A DNA stretch of 63,640 nt, the filler included, from Pachysolen tannophilus NRRL Y-2460 (Eukaryota): assembly GCA_001661245.1 (NCBI GenBank). It is 5 parts of 3 records of this genome, joined end to end, with 100 filler letters (N's around TTAATTAATTAA, not from the genome) between each part and the next. Parts side by side here need not be neighbours in the genome. Positions count along the whole stretch, not along the records: positions 10,450 to 15,703 come from KV454011.1; positions 15,804 to 35,090 come from KV454013.1; 3 more parts are not named here. The stretch is one strand, 5' to 3'. The notes beneath the pieces were generated by a model. The model did no database searches. It was given only the letters and a program-made list of their open reading frames with translations, and had not been told where the DNA came from. This document shows, piece after piece, positions 12,795 to 24,592 of this stretch; the stretch's first letter is position 1; every line of letters starts with the position of its first letter. The position numbers and the translations under genes are program-made.

Positions 12795-13716
12795 ATATCA
12801 GAAGTTTATGATGCTTTCCTCTTTTTTCTTTTTTTTTTTGTTAATGAAGTTATGTTATTTTCCACTTATTTTATTTTTACAAAAAATTTTTATCATATGC
12901 TGCCACAATGTCTTTTATAAATCATTTATACATTTTTTTTTTTTATTTTTTTTTATTAATAATTATTGTTTGAAGTGTTTCGGGTTGTTGTTCCTCAAAA
13001 AGAGCAGAAAGAGAATGTTTTGTGATTCAAGATTATATACAGAAAAGCAAGAAAGGAAATATATTATTTCAAGTCAAGTTACATATATATAGATCGATAA
13101 TTTTTGTGTTATTTTTTTTTTTTTTTTGAAGGTTTTTATTATCTTTTTGATTTGATGCGGACTATAGATATAATTTATTCTTTTTTTTTTATATATATTA
13201 TGGGAAAATTTTTGTGTTTCTAATTGGTTAATAAGACGTATATGTACTGTTTAATATGTATACGTAAAATATGAATTAATTATATGTTGAAATGAATCAA
13301 TTGTGTGTAAAAAAAAGGGTTCCCCCCCCTCAGTAGGAATGATTACTTTTGTAGCGAGAGTCGGCTTTCCACTTAGTTCACATAGAACAAAAAAAAAAAG
13401 ATGGGAATTTTTCATCTAGATAGATAGAGATGAACCATATTACGATATTTCCAGCAAAAAATTTAACTGACTTCTTATCTATGGTTATTAGAATTACTCT
13501 TGATTTAATATTTTAAAATTGAAGCTTAACTTTTTGTCACTGCCACACATAATCTGTAGTCGCAAGAGCCATTTTTATCTACTACATTTAATACTACTAG
13601 TTTAGGAAAATGCACACACATAAATTACAACCAGTTGAAAATAAATATCAATCATAAATATATTTTATTTTTTAAAATTAATGATTGTAATAATATTCAA
13701 TTGAAAATATACGGAA

Positions 13717-14685
13717 ATGTTTAGGATATTTAATTCTTCAAAATATTTAAGGTTTTATATACAAGATTGGATACTTTTTTTGATATTAATTTCATCAACT
13801 GTATATATGGAATATTTTACGGATCCTTTTCAAAGACAATTCTCTATTGCAGATCCAACAATAAATTTTCCCTTTACACAAGAAGAACAATTTGATAATG
13901 GAAGGTTGGTAAGATATACCGTTTTACTGCCGCTTTTCATTTTTTCGATTTATTATGCTTCAAGATTTTATAAAAAATATACTTTAAAGGGTACTGGTAA
14001 TATAGAAGGTAATGTTAAAATTAGTTTTATTGAATTATTACATTCATATCATATAACTATTTTAGGATTTCTATTAGGATTATCAATTTGTGGTGTTATA
14101 ACAGAATTTCTTAAAAATTTGATTGCAAAACCAAGACCAGATTTTATTGCACGTTGTGGACCTAATTTGAAAAAAATTGATTTTACAGCAATGTTAATCA
14201 ATTATGATTATACAATTTGTACAAGACCTTATGGGGATTACCTTTTCAGAGATGGTTTTAAAAGCTCTCCAAGTGGTCATTCAAGTATAGCATTTTTCGG
14301 AATGGGATATTTGACCTTATGGCTTTATGGACAAATGAAAACATTTAGTGATCAATCAAACACTACTACAAATGGTTCAACTACTACTAATTCTACAGCA
14401 AGTTCTGCTAGAAAACACATACCTATGTTTCACAGGTTACTGCCACTACTACCAATCTTGGTAGCCTTAAAGATTGCAATTTCTAGAACACAGGATTACA
14501 GACATCATTTTAAAGATGTCATTTTAGGATCAAGTATAGGTCTTGTTGGTTGCATTATAACTTACCATTGGTTCTTCAATAGCTTGAACGATAAGAATTG
14601 CGATAAACTGGCAATCTCACATGATGACTATAAGATGTTGAGCGGTGGTGGGAAGGACATATCCAATGGAGATGATATAGTATAA
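13717..14685 (+). CDS. PAP2-family lipid phosphate phosphatase (Dpp1/Lpp1-like)
   Basis: KNLIAKPRPDF, SPSGHSS and SRTQDYRHHFKDV catalytic motifs; TM helices. Confidence 0.9.
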   Translation: MFRIFNSSKYLRFYIQDWILFLILISSTVYMEYFTDPFQRQFSIADPTINFPFTQEEQFDNGRLVRYTVLLPLFIFSIYYASRFYKKYTLKGTGNIEGNVKISFIELLHSYHITILGFLLGLSICGVITEFLKNLIAKPRPDFIARCGPNLKKIDFTAMLINYDYTICTRPYGDYLFRDGFKSSPSGHSSIAFFGMGYLTLWLYGQMKTFSDQSNTTTNGSTTTNSTASSARKHIPMFHRLLPLLPILVALKIAISRTQDYRHHFKDVILGSSIGLVGCIITYHWFFNSLNDKNCDKLAISHDDYKMLSGGGKDISNGDDIV

Positions 14686-15184
14686 GTATAGTATATAAGT
14701 AATAAATAGTATTGACTTGGAGCAGCAATGATGGGGTAGTGTATGTTTTGCCCAAAAGTCCCAATCCGGGTAAATGCATTTGCTCATTTTCTCTAAACTT
14801 TTAGTTTTTGTTTTTAGTAGGAAAATCTGTAGGAGGGCCTGATATATAATTAAATAATACTTGAGATATCAGTAAAGAAGTTTCATAAATATAATATATA
14901 TATATATATATATATTAATCAATTTAGAATAGATTTTGTGTTTTTTTTTATTTCTTTTCTTTTAAAGGGAAAGTAGGTAAGTGCAATTTCTTTTGATTGA
15001 TGTATGGAAAGGATTTATTACTAATTGTTGATTTAGATCAAGGTAATAATAATAAAAAGAAAACATTCACACACGCACACACACACATATAAATATATAT
15101 ATATATATATATACTCACGAAAAGAGATTAGATTCGGAGTTTGAAACAAAAAATCAATAATAACTGAAATTATAAAAGAATAAG

Positions 15185-15625
15185 ATGTCTGCAAGTCCAG
15201 AAGCAGAAGCTCCAGCGGCTGATGTTAAGCCAGATGTCAAACCAGATACTCATATAAATTTAAAAGTTTCTGATGGTTCATCTGAGATTTTTTTCAAAAT
15301 TAAGAGATCAACCCCATTGAAAAGATTAATGGAGGCTTTTTGTAAAAGACAAGGTAAATCTGCTGAATCATTGAGATTTTTAGTTGATGGGCAAAGAGTT
15401 CTTCCTGATAACACGCCTGATGATGTAAGTTTTTATTTATTATATTTATTATTATTTTAATTTTAGATTTCAAAAAAAAAAACACAATTTGGGGTTTAAA
15501 TTAGAATATCTATTTTTTTTTTGACTTTATTTACTAACATTAAGCTTTTATTTTTGTAGTTGGACTTAGAAGATGGTGATGTTATTGAAGCTCATAGAGA
15601 GCAAATTGGTGGCGGTAATTTTTAA
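15185..15625 (+). CDS. SMT3: SUMO, two exons 15185-15424 and 15560-15625
   Basis: [24 protein letters not shown]; intron GTAAGT...TACTAAC(15532)...TAG; exon 2 [21 protein letters not shown]. Confidence 0.95.
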
Positions 15626-15803
15626 TAGTTTACTGATCTGTATGTTTTTATATATATAAAAGAAAAAAAATTTTTTTCTTACTAATATTTTAAAAAAAAA
15701 AAANNNNNNNNNNNNNNNNNNNNNNNNNNNNNNNNNNNNNNNNNNNNTTAATTAATTAANNNNNNNNNNNNNNNNNNNNNNNNNNNNNNNNNNNNNNNNN
15801 NNN

Positions 15804-15975
15804 ACACCTCTCACACCTCTCACACCTCTCACACCTCTCACACCTCTCACACCTCTCACACCTCTCACACCTCTCACACCTCTCACACCTCTACACCACT
15901 CACACCACTCACACCACTCACTGTCATCTCAATCTCATCTCAATCTCATCTCAATCTCATCTCAATGTCATCTCA
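15804..15975 (+). repeat. Candidate telomeric repeat (ACACCTCTC)n with variant units and adjacent (CATCTCAATCT)n
   Basis: ~9-10 perfect 9-mers at contig start, then ~3 ACACCACTC, then ~4 11-mers; C-rich strand at 5' end. Confidence 0.65.
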
Positions 15976-16867
15976 TCAGCCATAGTAGAACCATTTTACT
16001 AAAAGATTCGCTTGTATTACACTTCAAAGAACTATACTCAACTATACTCAACAGCTCTATTGGTGTCGTCTTTTATATCTAGCTTAAATATTGGTAATTA
16101 GCATGTTAACACAAAAAAATGGCTCAGCTGCAATAATATAGTTATGGAATAACATAAGATAGTCTTATAATAGCATGCATTTTTCTGATTTTGTTTTAAC
16201 TTTTGCTGCATAATATCTTGGATAATATCTAACGTCAACTTGTGATCACTTTGTAATTCAAACAATTCTTAATGGTTGCGGTCTTTTAGTCATTTACTTG
16301 TTTCAACAATTCCCCCTGAATGAGGACCATCTCAGATACGAACCTTGTATGCAGCATTATATGCCTTTATTGGTTCAAAAATGACTTCGTCAAAATCTTC
16401 CATTCTGTGTCATTTGCTGTTGTTAAAACACAATGAATGGAGGAGGGCCTTCTACTTTGTTATTTCTTTTTTATGATGTTACTGTGACATCAAAGTTACT
16501 TTCATTTATACGCTGCACAATACTGTAAGAAGACTATTAATGCAAGACTTGCACTCGGAGTATTACTATATTGGTTTACATTCTTGTTTATTGATTGAGG
16601 TTATCCTTAAATAAATATTTGAGTAATATAGAACTTGAGTGATTATTTTCTAGATCCAAGTTTACACAAAAGTTGAATATAAAAGAGGTTTAAATCTACA
16701 TCCGTCGTAATTTTTTTATATTATGACCCTTGTATCAATTCAAAAGTACATTTATTCCGTAATTTATATCATTAAAGTAAAAAAGAATCATACTTTGATA
16801 CTTGAACATAGAACTACAAAAAGTTCAGCCTATAGAAAACACAACAGAAAATATGAAAAATTTAATT

Positions 16868-17728
16868 TCATTCCACAAATCTGGCTTTGGCTTTCTGTCT
16901 GATTGCTTCAAATACACCATCCAACTTGAAAACTTTTATAAACAAGAAACTGACAATTGAGATCGGCAATAATGACAATAAATACCCCAGAGTTGCACCA
17001 GCGCCTCTGGGAACTTCGCGGGATCTATTAGTATGCAAAATATCATTAACAACTTTTTTAGCATACGTTTTTGAATCCATCTTGTGCAGATCGTTCAAAC
17101 TATGTAGTGATTTCTCAGTGGCTTCGGAATAGTAACGAGATGATTCTGGTATGGGTTTAAATAATTCAAAGATCTCAGTATCAACACCACCAGTAATAAA
17201 ATTTAAAACTTTCACATTGAAAGGTCTCATCTCTAAACTTAAAATCTCACAATAATGTTTAAGAGCTGCTTTTGATGCCCCATAAATTGCATTCCATGGT
17301 ACGGGTAAGATGGATGCAACTGAACCTGTAAATGATATACACCCCTTGGAATTGATTAATAATTGAGAGAATTCTTTAGTCATATTTACTCCAGCAAAGA
17401 AATTCACTTCAAAACAAGACCTCATATCTTCTTCCTCAACCTCAATTGCTGGTCCCTGGCAGCTAATTCCTGCATTGTTAAACAAAATGTCCAACTTACC
17501 ATTCGTCTTACTAGCAATCAACTCTCTAACATTGGAAACCTCCTGGGCATTTGTAACATCTAATTGAATTATTTCAATTCCATACTGCTCCAAATCGGCT
17601 AACCTATCCATACGCCTTGCGCATGAATATACATGAAAGCCACGAGAAGCCAATTCTATTGATATGGCCTTACCTATACCTGATGATGCACCTGTTACTA
17701 AAGCATATTTCTGTTCAACTGGTACCAT
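16868..17728 (-). CDS. Short-chain dehydrogenase/reductase, Ayr1-like
   Basis: ALVTGASSGIG, LDILFNNAG, YGASKAAL; first ATG at 17728. Confidence 0.88.
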   Translation of the reverse strand: MVPVEQKYALVTGASSGIGKAISIELASRGFHVYSCARRMDRLADLEQYGIEIIQLDVTNAQEVSNVRELIASKTNGKLDILFNNAGISCQGPAIEVEEEDMRSCFEVNFFAGVNMTKEFSQLLINSKGCISFTGSVASILPVPWNAIYGASKAALKHYCEILSLEMRPFNVKVLNFITGGVDTEIFELFKPIPESSRYYSEATEKSLHSLNDLHKMDSKTYAKKVVNDILHTNRSREVPRGAGATLGYLLSLLPISIVSFLFIKVFKLDGVFEAIRQKAKARFVE

Positions 17729-18538
17729 ATTAAAGACAAATATGGTAGTCAAAAGAAATTAACTTATAGAAAAATAAGCATAAATCATTTGGACTATTCG
17801 CTCCTGATTTATATGCTGAATAAACTCCCTTATTACCTTCTTATTAGTAACAACCAAACTACATTGCTCATTTTAACTTTTACACCAAACCATTTCCGTC
17901 ACCTGTCCTTGTAGAAAAGAAAAACTAAAATTGACAAATTAAAAGAGGAGAATATATATTCTCTATGTCCGATCAATACTGGTTTCTTATTTCCGATTGC
18001 CATATCTACAGATATCTGAGAATCGTGCTTTTCATCCTGCTGAAAACCACTGTAAATCAAAATATACATCGAAATAAAATACGAGAGGCAGCGAATCAGA
18101 GAAGGTTGGTTTCCACGCCACATGAATGAAATAAAAAAATCAACTGCATATCAAGTTCAATTGCATTACGAGCATTTTATTTTCTTGGTATGTGCTATTG
18201 CTTAAATCCTATGTCATTAAACGCTCTCAAAAGATATTAATCCTATTGTTTTACGTTCATGCTTTCTTCTTAAAACGTTTTCAGTTTTTGGAAACAGAAT
18301 TCATCGCTCAAAAACATGTTCTACAATTCAATTACCCAAAGCAAAAGTAATAACATGCCTTTTTCGCCTGAAAACTATGCGAGTATCATTGGAGATCGGT
18401 CGAAAGAATTTCTATAAAAAGGTAAGTACAGATTTTCGGAATTAAGGTAAATGTAATAAAACCTTCTCTCATGCATACGGCAAATTGGACATCCATGCCT
18501 TTATGCATACAATTGGGTACTATAGAATAGATGTTTTA

Positions 18539-18558
18539 GATAAGATCATTTTGATAAA
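18539..18558 (+). promoter_or_regulatory. Tandem GATAA elements upstream of siderophore transporter (possible iron-GATA repressor site)
   Basis: GATAAG (18539) and GATAAA (18553), ~300 nt upstream of ATG. Confidence 0.35.
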
Positions 18559-18846
18559 ATTAGCTTAAAATTTTTAAGAAGCCATTTTATTTTCTATTTT
18601 TTTCTTTCATTAAATTATTCTAAACCTTAAAAAGACATATGAGAATAGTTTAACGGACAAACCGGTCTAGTATTAATTAATATTGATTAATTGCATATAA
18701 TTATGTACGGCACTCTTTATATACTACCTCAACTTATATAAAAGTCGCTTTCTCTTTTATTTTCTCCATTTTTCCATTCTACAATCGAAATTTCAAAGTA
18801 TTATATTCTTATAATACTCTTAACTTTATTCTTTTTTAAAATAAGA

Positions 18847-20745
18847 ATGAGTTCTAAAATTGAAACCGAAACTGCAAAGAAATCTGATGAATCTAACGAA
18901 GTAAATTCAACTTCTCACGATGCAAAAAAAAGTGACGAATTTTCTGTTTCCAATGATGCAGAAAAAGATTCAGATGAAGCGGAAGTAAAAGTTGAGACAA
19001 AGTCAGTAACTTTAAGGAAGACCGAAATTATAGCTGCCCAGTATAATACCGTGTATCATAAGATTGTGATCTTATTTTCAGCCTTTTTGGTTGGTTACGG
19101 GTACGGTTTGGATAGTCAAATCCGTTCTGTCTTTACTTCTTATGCAACCTCTTCGTATAGCACACACCCTTTATTGTCTACTGTTAATGTGATTGAAGCC
19201 GTTGTTGCAGCTGCTACTCAACCACTGTATGCAAGACTAAGTGATGTTTTTGGAAGATTACAGTTATTCATTGTCTCTATTCTATTTTATTCTGTTGGTA
19301 CTATTATCCAAAGTCAATCTTACGATGTACAAAGATATGCAGGTGGTTCTGTTTTGTACTATATTGGTTATACTGGGGTTATCTTGGTGTTATTGTTAAT
19401 ATTATCCGACTTTTCGTCCTTGAAATGGAGATTATTCTACACTTTTGTACCAACATTTCCATTCATCATTAACACATGGATCAGTGGAAATGTTACCGCT
19501 GCAGTTGGTGGTAACAACTGGAGTTGGGGAGTCGGTATGTGGGCATTCATCTTTCCTTTGAGTTGTGTCCCAATGTTATGTTGTATGTTGCATATGCGAT
19601 GGTTAGCAGGTAAGACTGATGAATGGAAACAATTAATGGAAGAGAATCGGATTGAAAAGAGAAGGTTCTCTGTCGCAGCTACCGACTATTACAACTTTGC
19701 AGTACATTTATTTTGGAAGCTAGATGTCATTGGACTATTGTTGTTGGTTACTTCACTAGGTTGCCTTTTGGTACCATTAACATTAGCAGGTGGTGAAGTT
19801 CAAATATGGAGGCAAGGAAAAATCATTGGTCCACTTGTTTTAGGTTTCGTCTTGATACCAATATTTGTGGTTTTTGAGCATAAATTTGCTAAATACCCAA
19901 TTGCACCTTTCGACTTGGTAAAGGATCGTGGAGTTTGGTCCGCTCTTCTTATATCTTTCTTGTACGATTTTATTTTCTATATGGCTTGTGACTATCTTTA
20001 TACTGTCTTGATTATTGCAGTTAATGAATCTACTGAATCTGCAACGAGAATTGACACTATTGGTTCATTTGTTGGTGTTGTCGCATCCCCCTTTTTTGGT
20101 TTATTTATCGTAAAGTTCAAAAGGTTAAAGGGTTTTATGATTTTTGGTTGTACATTATGGTTAGTTGCATGTGGTATGTTATTGAGATACAGAAGTGGCG
20201 AGGAATCACATTCCGGTATTATAGGTGCACTTTGTGTAATGGGTTTGGGTACATGCTTTTTTTCTTATCCTATCAACGTTTCCTTACAGTCAGTTACCAC
20301 CCACGAAAATATGGCTAACGTCAGTTGTTTGGTTTACACAACTTATAGAATTGGAGCTGCTGTTGGATCTTCAGTCTCTGGTGCTATCTGGACCCAAACT
20401 TTGTACAATAAACTTTTAGAGTATATGGGTGATGCAACACTAGCTGCCTCTGCTTATGATTCTCCTTATGAGTTCATCTTGATTTATACTTGGGGAACTC
20501 CTGAAAGAGATGCTATGGTTGAAGCTTACAGGTATGTTCAAAAATTAGAGACATTGGTTGCGGTTGTCTTCTGTGCGCCATTACTTATTGCAACCTTTTT
20601 CTTGAGAGATCCAAAATTGACAGATGAACAAGCACAAACCAAGTTACGTCGCGGAGAACTAGTTTTCAGAGCAGACGATGATGTTATTCAAGTGTGGTTT
20701 GACAAATTATGGAACAAAGTAGTTTTTAAATTAAAATCGAGTTAA
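18847..20745 (+). CDS. MFS siderophore-iron transporter (ARN/SIT family)
   Basis: YARLSDVFGR, SDFSSLKWRL, YTWGTPER motifs; many hydrophobic TM segments. Confidence 0.92.
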   Translation: MSSKIETETAKKSDESNEVNSTSHDAKKSDEFSVSNDAEKDSDEAEVKVETKSVTLRKTEIIAAQYNTVYHKIVILFSAFLVGYGYGLDSQIRSVFTSYATSSYSTHPLLSTVNVIEAVVAAATQPLYARLSDVFGRLQLFIVSILFYSVGTIIQSQSYDVQRYAGGSVLYYIGYTGVILVLLLILSDFSSLKWRLFYTFVPTFPFIINTWISGNVTAAVGGNNWSWGVGMWAFIFPLSCVPMLCCMLHMRWLAGKTDEWKQLMEENRIEKRRFSVAATDYYNFAVHLFWKLDVIGLLLLVTSLGCLLVPLTLAGGEVQIWRQGKIIGPLVLGFVLIPIFVVFEHKFAKYPIAPFDLVKDRGVWSALLISFLYDFIFYMACDYLYTVLIIAVNESTESATRIDTIGSFVGVVASPFFGLFIVKFKRLKGFMIFGCTLWLVACGMLLRYRSGEESHSGIIGALCVMGLGTCFFSYPINVSLQSVTTHENMANVSCLVYTTYRIGAAVGSSVSGAIWTQTLYNKLLEYMGDATLAASAYDSPYEFILIYTWGTPERDAMVEAYRYVQKLETLVAVVFCAPLLIATFFLRDPKLTDEQAQTKLRRGELVFRADDDVIQVWFDKLWNKVVFKLKSS

Positions 20746-21147
20746 CGGATTTTATGTTATACGTTGAGTTTTATGGAATTTTGGACTTTACTAATTTACT
20801 ATCTTATTATTTTAATGTTACATTTTATCTAATAGTTTCTATAGTTTTGGTGAAATAAAGAAATACCTTTTTTTTGCAAAATTACGTCTTAATTCTTAGA
20901 GCGAATTATTCAAACATACTAACTTACATCACTACTTAGAGAACAAATATAAATAGTAAATTTTGAGATCCGTTATTAGAGACACTGGCCATAATTCAAT
21001 ATTTAATTGACTGAATCAATTTCAATAACAGATTTAAAATAACATAAAAAAAATATGAAATGACTACTTACTACCTTGACTAATAGCTGTTTAAATGAAA
21101 ATTACTCCATATCGAAATCAAAACCATAAATTAAAAATCTCGTTCTT

Positions 21148-22017
21148 TTAAACCCAATCAGTTCTATCAGTAGATACGATGACATTTTCCCACTTTTTGA
21201 TTAATGAGAGATTTTCATTCGCATCTTTAGCAATAATTTCGATTGAGTCTTTACCAAAAATAAGAACAGACGGAATTTCTTTACCTTTGAAGTCTCCATC
21301 GTTATGAGCAAGATGTATTAATTTATCAGCAAGTAATCTTGGATCACCAGTTTGTTTTTGATCCCATTTTTGAAATGTTTCCACTACCTCATTTCTCATA
21401 TCGTCATAGTCTGAAATAGCATTAGCAACCACGTCTTTTTTTCGGGTAGACAAATTAGAAAGAAGATTAGTACGAAACATCCCTATTGCAAGGAAGATTG
21501 AACGAATATTGAACTGTTTAATTTCATTATCAAGAGTAATACTCAAACTTTTTAAGGCCAGCTTGGAAGAAGCATACAGTCCTAATATTGGATAGTGATC
21601 AAATGCTGCACTACTTCCTACATTCAAAATTAAACCTTTCTTATTCTTACGAAAGTGAGGAAGAATTGCAGTTACCACCTTAATAGGACCAAATAAGTTA
21701 GTCCTGTACTGTTCCTCCAATACCCGAGAACCACATTCCTCGACAGCTCCATATTCACCGTATCCAGAATTGTTCACAACAACATCAATTGTACCATAGA
21801 CAGAAATTGCATGTTCCATAGATTTTTTAATTTCTGTTTCAGATGAATTAACGTTAAAATCCATACAATAAGCTCCTTTAGACTTTAATTCTTCCAATTT
21901 AGAAGAATTACGACTAGTAGCAATAACTTTGTCTCCTCTCTCCAATGCCTTTAACGAAACATGATAACCTATACCCGACGAACATCCAGTTATAAACCAA
22001 ACTAAGCTTTCACTCAT
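21148..22017 (-). CDS. Short-chain dehydrogenase/reductase
   Basis: VWFITGCSSGIG, DVVVNNSG, YASSK. Confidence 0.9.
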   Translation of the reverse strand: MSESLVWFITGCSSGIGYHVSLKALERGDKVIATSRNSSKLEELKSKGAYCMDFNVNSSETEIKKSMEHAISVYGTIDVVVNNSGYGEYGAVEECGSRVLEEQYRTNLFGPIKVVTAILPHFRKNKKGLILNVGSSAAFDHYPILGLYASSKLALKSLSITLDNEIKQFNIRSIFLAIGMFRTNLLSNLSTRKKDVVANAISDYDDMRNEVVETFQKWDQKQTGDPRLLADKLIHLAHNDGDFKGKEIPSVLIFGKDSIEIIAKDANENLSLIKKWENVIVSTDRTDWV

Positions 22018-23138
22018 TTTCTGTTCTCTTTTCTTTTCATTTTCATAAAATACTAAGAAATTTTGCCAAAAGATGCTGTAATTATATACTTATTCATAAT
22101 CATATTATTCGTATGCTTATTAATACAAACTGAACTCAAATTATTACAGTTATATTTATGCGTACATTTGCATTTGGCGTTGCTTAAGAAAATTTATCTT
22201 CTTGCAATACATATATATATTTAGCTGGATAGAACGTGGCTAAAACTATTGCACGTCATATCATCTCTTTATTTTAAAATTTACATATCTGAAAACTACG
22301 GACTTGCTAGTCCGTCAAGTATCACTAGAAGTCTATTTATTGTCTTTTGAAAATTGTATTTTAGAAATGTGGGGTAAATTGAAATAAATTTTTCTTTCCA
22401 TATAACGTCTTTGACTGAAAACCTATCATAGGTTTATTTGAAATATACATCAATGTGATATATATTAATTGCAACTCAAAAGTTTTAACTTGCGGTGCAA
22501 TTTAATTTTAATATAAAAAGGTTCCATTTATTTCAAAAATTAAATAATTGTTTTCTTTTTGGTGTAATAAGTAATCGTCATATATTGTGGTTTTAATTTT
22601 AAATACCATAAAATGATCCATCAAAATTTAGAGTTGATATAAGATTTGAATAATCTGTTTTCCAGATAAAATCTACCGTTAGGATATGACTAACATGTTA
22701 TACTGAGACCAGGGTTGTTATGGTCGTTAGGATCGTTCTCGAGTTTTTTACATAAAAATACAAAATATCGGGGCAAGAATATCATTCTCATAATATCATA
22801 TTGAAAATATTACTTCACTATATGAGTTCCGCAGATATTTCAGACAACATTAGTCTGATTTCCATACAGATTATTTTTCTTTATTAGTAAAATGATGAAC
22901 CTTCCTATACATGTACGGATCGCTGCCATGTTAATCATCTTGTTCTTTGAAGGTAGAACCAATATCACGTTATTATCATCTAATTTCCGTCGGCATTCTA
23001 TTAATAACCTTTTCACATATTCTATTAGTAATCTTTGATTTTTTTTTTTTTCATGTTTTTCCTAATGGTACTTAACTTGTATTTTTGTCCATGATAAAGT
23101 ATGGAGTTGAGACAAGTCATTAATCTTATTTTTTGAAA

Positions 23139-24365
23139 ATGTCAGGTTTCAGTAAAGATAGAGCTGCTCCAGTTGTTAATTATTTCACTCCAAAACAGCC
23201 AGTTCCAGCTGGTACTGCTTTGGATCCACAACCTAATGGAAAGAAAATTCCAAAATTATTTGAATCGTTGAAAATTAAAGATTTGACCTTCCACAATAGA
23301 ATTGGTGTTTCACCAATGTGTGAGTATTCTAGTAAAGATGGTTTTCCAACTGATTATCATTTGATACACTATGGTTCGTTGGCTTTGAGAGGACCAGGTC
23401 TTATCATTGTGGAAGCAGCAGCTATTAGCCCAGAAGGTAGAATCACTCCAGATGACTTGGGTATTTGGAATGACGAACAGGCTTTAGCTTTGAAAAGAGT
23501 TGTTGATTTTGTCCATTCTCAGGGTCAAAAAATTGGTATTCAGCTTGGACACGCAGGTAGAAAAGGTAGCACAGTTCCTCCATTTTTTCATTTGAAAGAA
23601 TACGCTAAACCAGAAGACGGTGGTTGGCAAACTGTTGCACCTTCTCCAATTTCTTTTAGAGATGGTGTATTACCGGCTCCAAGAGAATTGAAAATTGATG
23701 AAATCAAAGAAATTGCAGAGAAATGGGGTCTGGCTGCTAAGAGATCTATTGAAATCAGTGGATTTGACTTTGTTGAAATCCATGCTGCTCATGGATATTT
23801 GCTTAACGAGTTTATGTCAGAAACATCTAACAAGAGAACTGATGCATACGGTGGCTCATTCGATAATAGAACCAGACTTGTCTTAGATGTTGTTGCTGAA
23901 ATCAAGAAAAATATTGCAATTGCAAAAATTCCATTATTCATTCGTGTCAGTGCTTCAGAAAATCTTGAAGATGTAGATGAATCTGGTTGGAAAATTGAAG
24001 ACACAAACAGATTACTGGATAAACTTATATTAGCTGGTGTCGATGTTATTGATGTTTCTTCAGGAGGAAATAGCGATAATCAAGCTTCCAGAACAAGAGC
24101 TTCAGTTAAAGAAGACTTACACGTCACATTAGCAAGACAAGTTAAAAATCATGTTGGAAACAGAGCTTTGGTTGCTTATGTTCGTGGCCTTAAAACTGCA
24201 TCTGTTGCTGAGAGTCTCTTGGAAGAAAACGTTGCTGATATCGTTTTAGTTGGTAGGAACTTTTTAAAAAATCCTGGATTGGTTTGGGAATGGGCAGATC
24301 AATTGGATATTAGAGTAACTGCAGCACAACAATATGTATGGGGTTTTTATCCTCCACCACTTTAA
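23139..24365 (+). CDS. NADH:flavin oxidoreductase / Old Yellow Enzyme (YqjM/OYE32-like)
   Basis: SPMCEYS, QLGHAGRK, EIHAAHGYL, RTDAYGGSFDNR. Confidence 0.92.
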   Translation: MSGFSKDRAAPVVNYFTPKQPVPAGTALDPQPNGKKIPKLFESLKIKDLTFHNRIGVSPMCEYSSKDGFPTDYHLIHYGSLALRGPGLIIVEAAAISPEGRITPDDLGIWNDEQALALKRVVDFVHSQGQKIGIQLGHAGRKGSTVPPFFHLKEYAKPEDGGWQTVAPSPISFRDGVLPAPRELKIDEIKEIAEKWGLAAKRSIEISGFDFVEIHAAHGYLLNEFMSETSNKRTDAYGGSFDNRTRLVLDVVAEIKKNIAIAKIPLFIRVSASENLEDVDESGWKIEDTNRLLDKLILAGVDVIDVSSGGNSDNQASRTRASVKEDLHVTLARQVKNHVGNRALVAYVRGLKTASVAESLLEENVADIVLVGRNFLKNPGLVWEWADQLDIRVTAAQQYVWGFYPPPL

Positions 24366-24592
24366 TTTATTAATTTTAGAATTTGAACTTTATTATACTT
24401 TATGTAGTCAAATGTCTTCTTTTATTATCTTTTATTTTTATTTTCTGTATGAACGTATGTAATACTGATATACATCTCCCAATTGTATTGAAATAGAAAC
24501 TCTAAATATGAAAATTAAAAAAAAAAATATATATATATAAAAAAAAGATAAAAATATATTTTGAGAATAGTATAATTGGAAGGTACTTATTT

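Noticed and set aside
10726..13092. Alternative-frame ORFs in and after PSP1 (10726, 11089, 11137, 12694)
   Set aside because: Shadows of trinucleotide repeats and T tracts; no protein motifs
15804..15975. CRISPR-like array
   Set aside because: Head-to-tail short repeats without spacers in a eukaryotic contig
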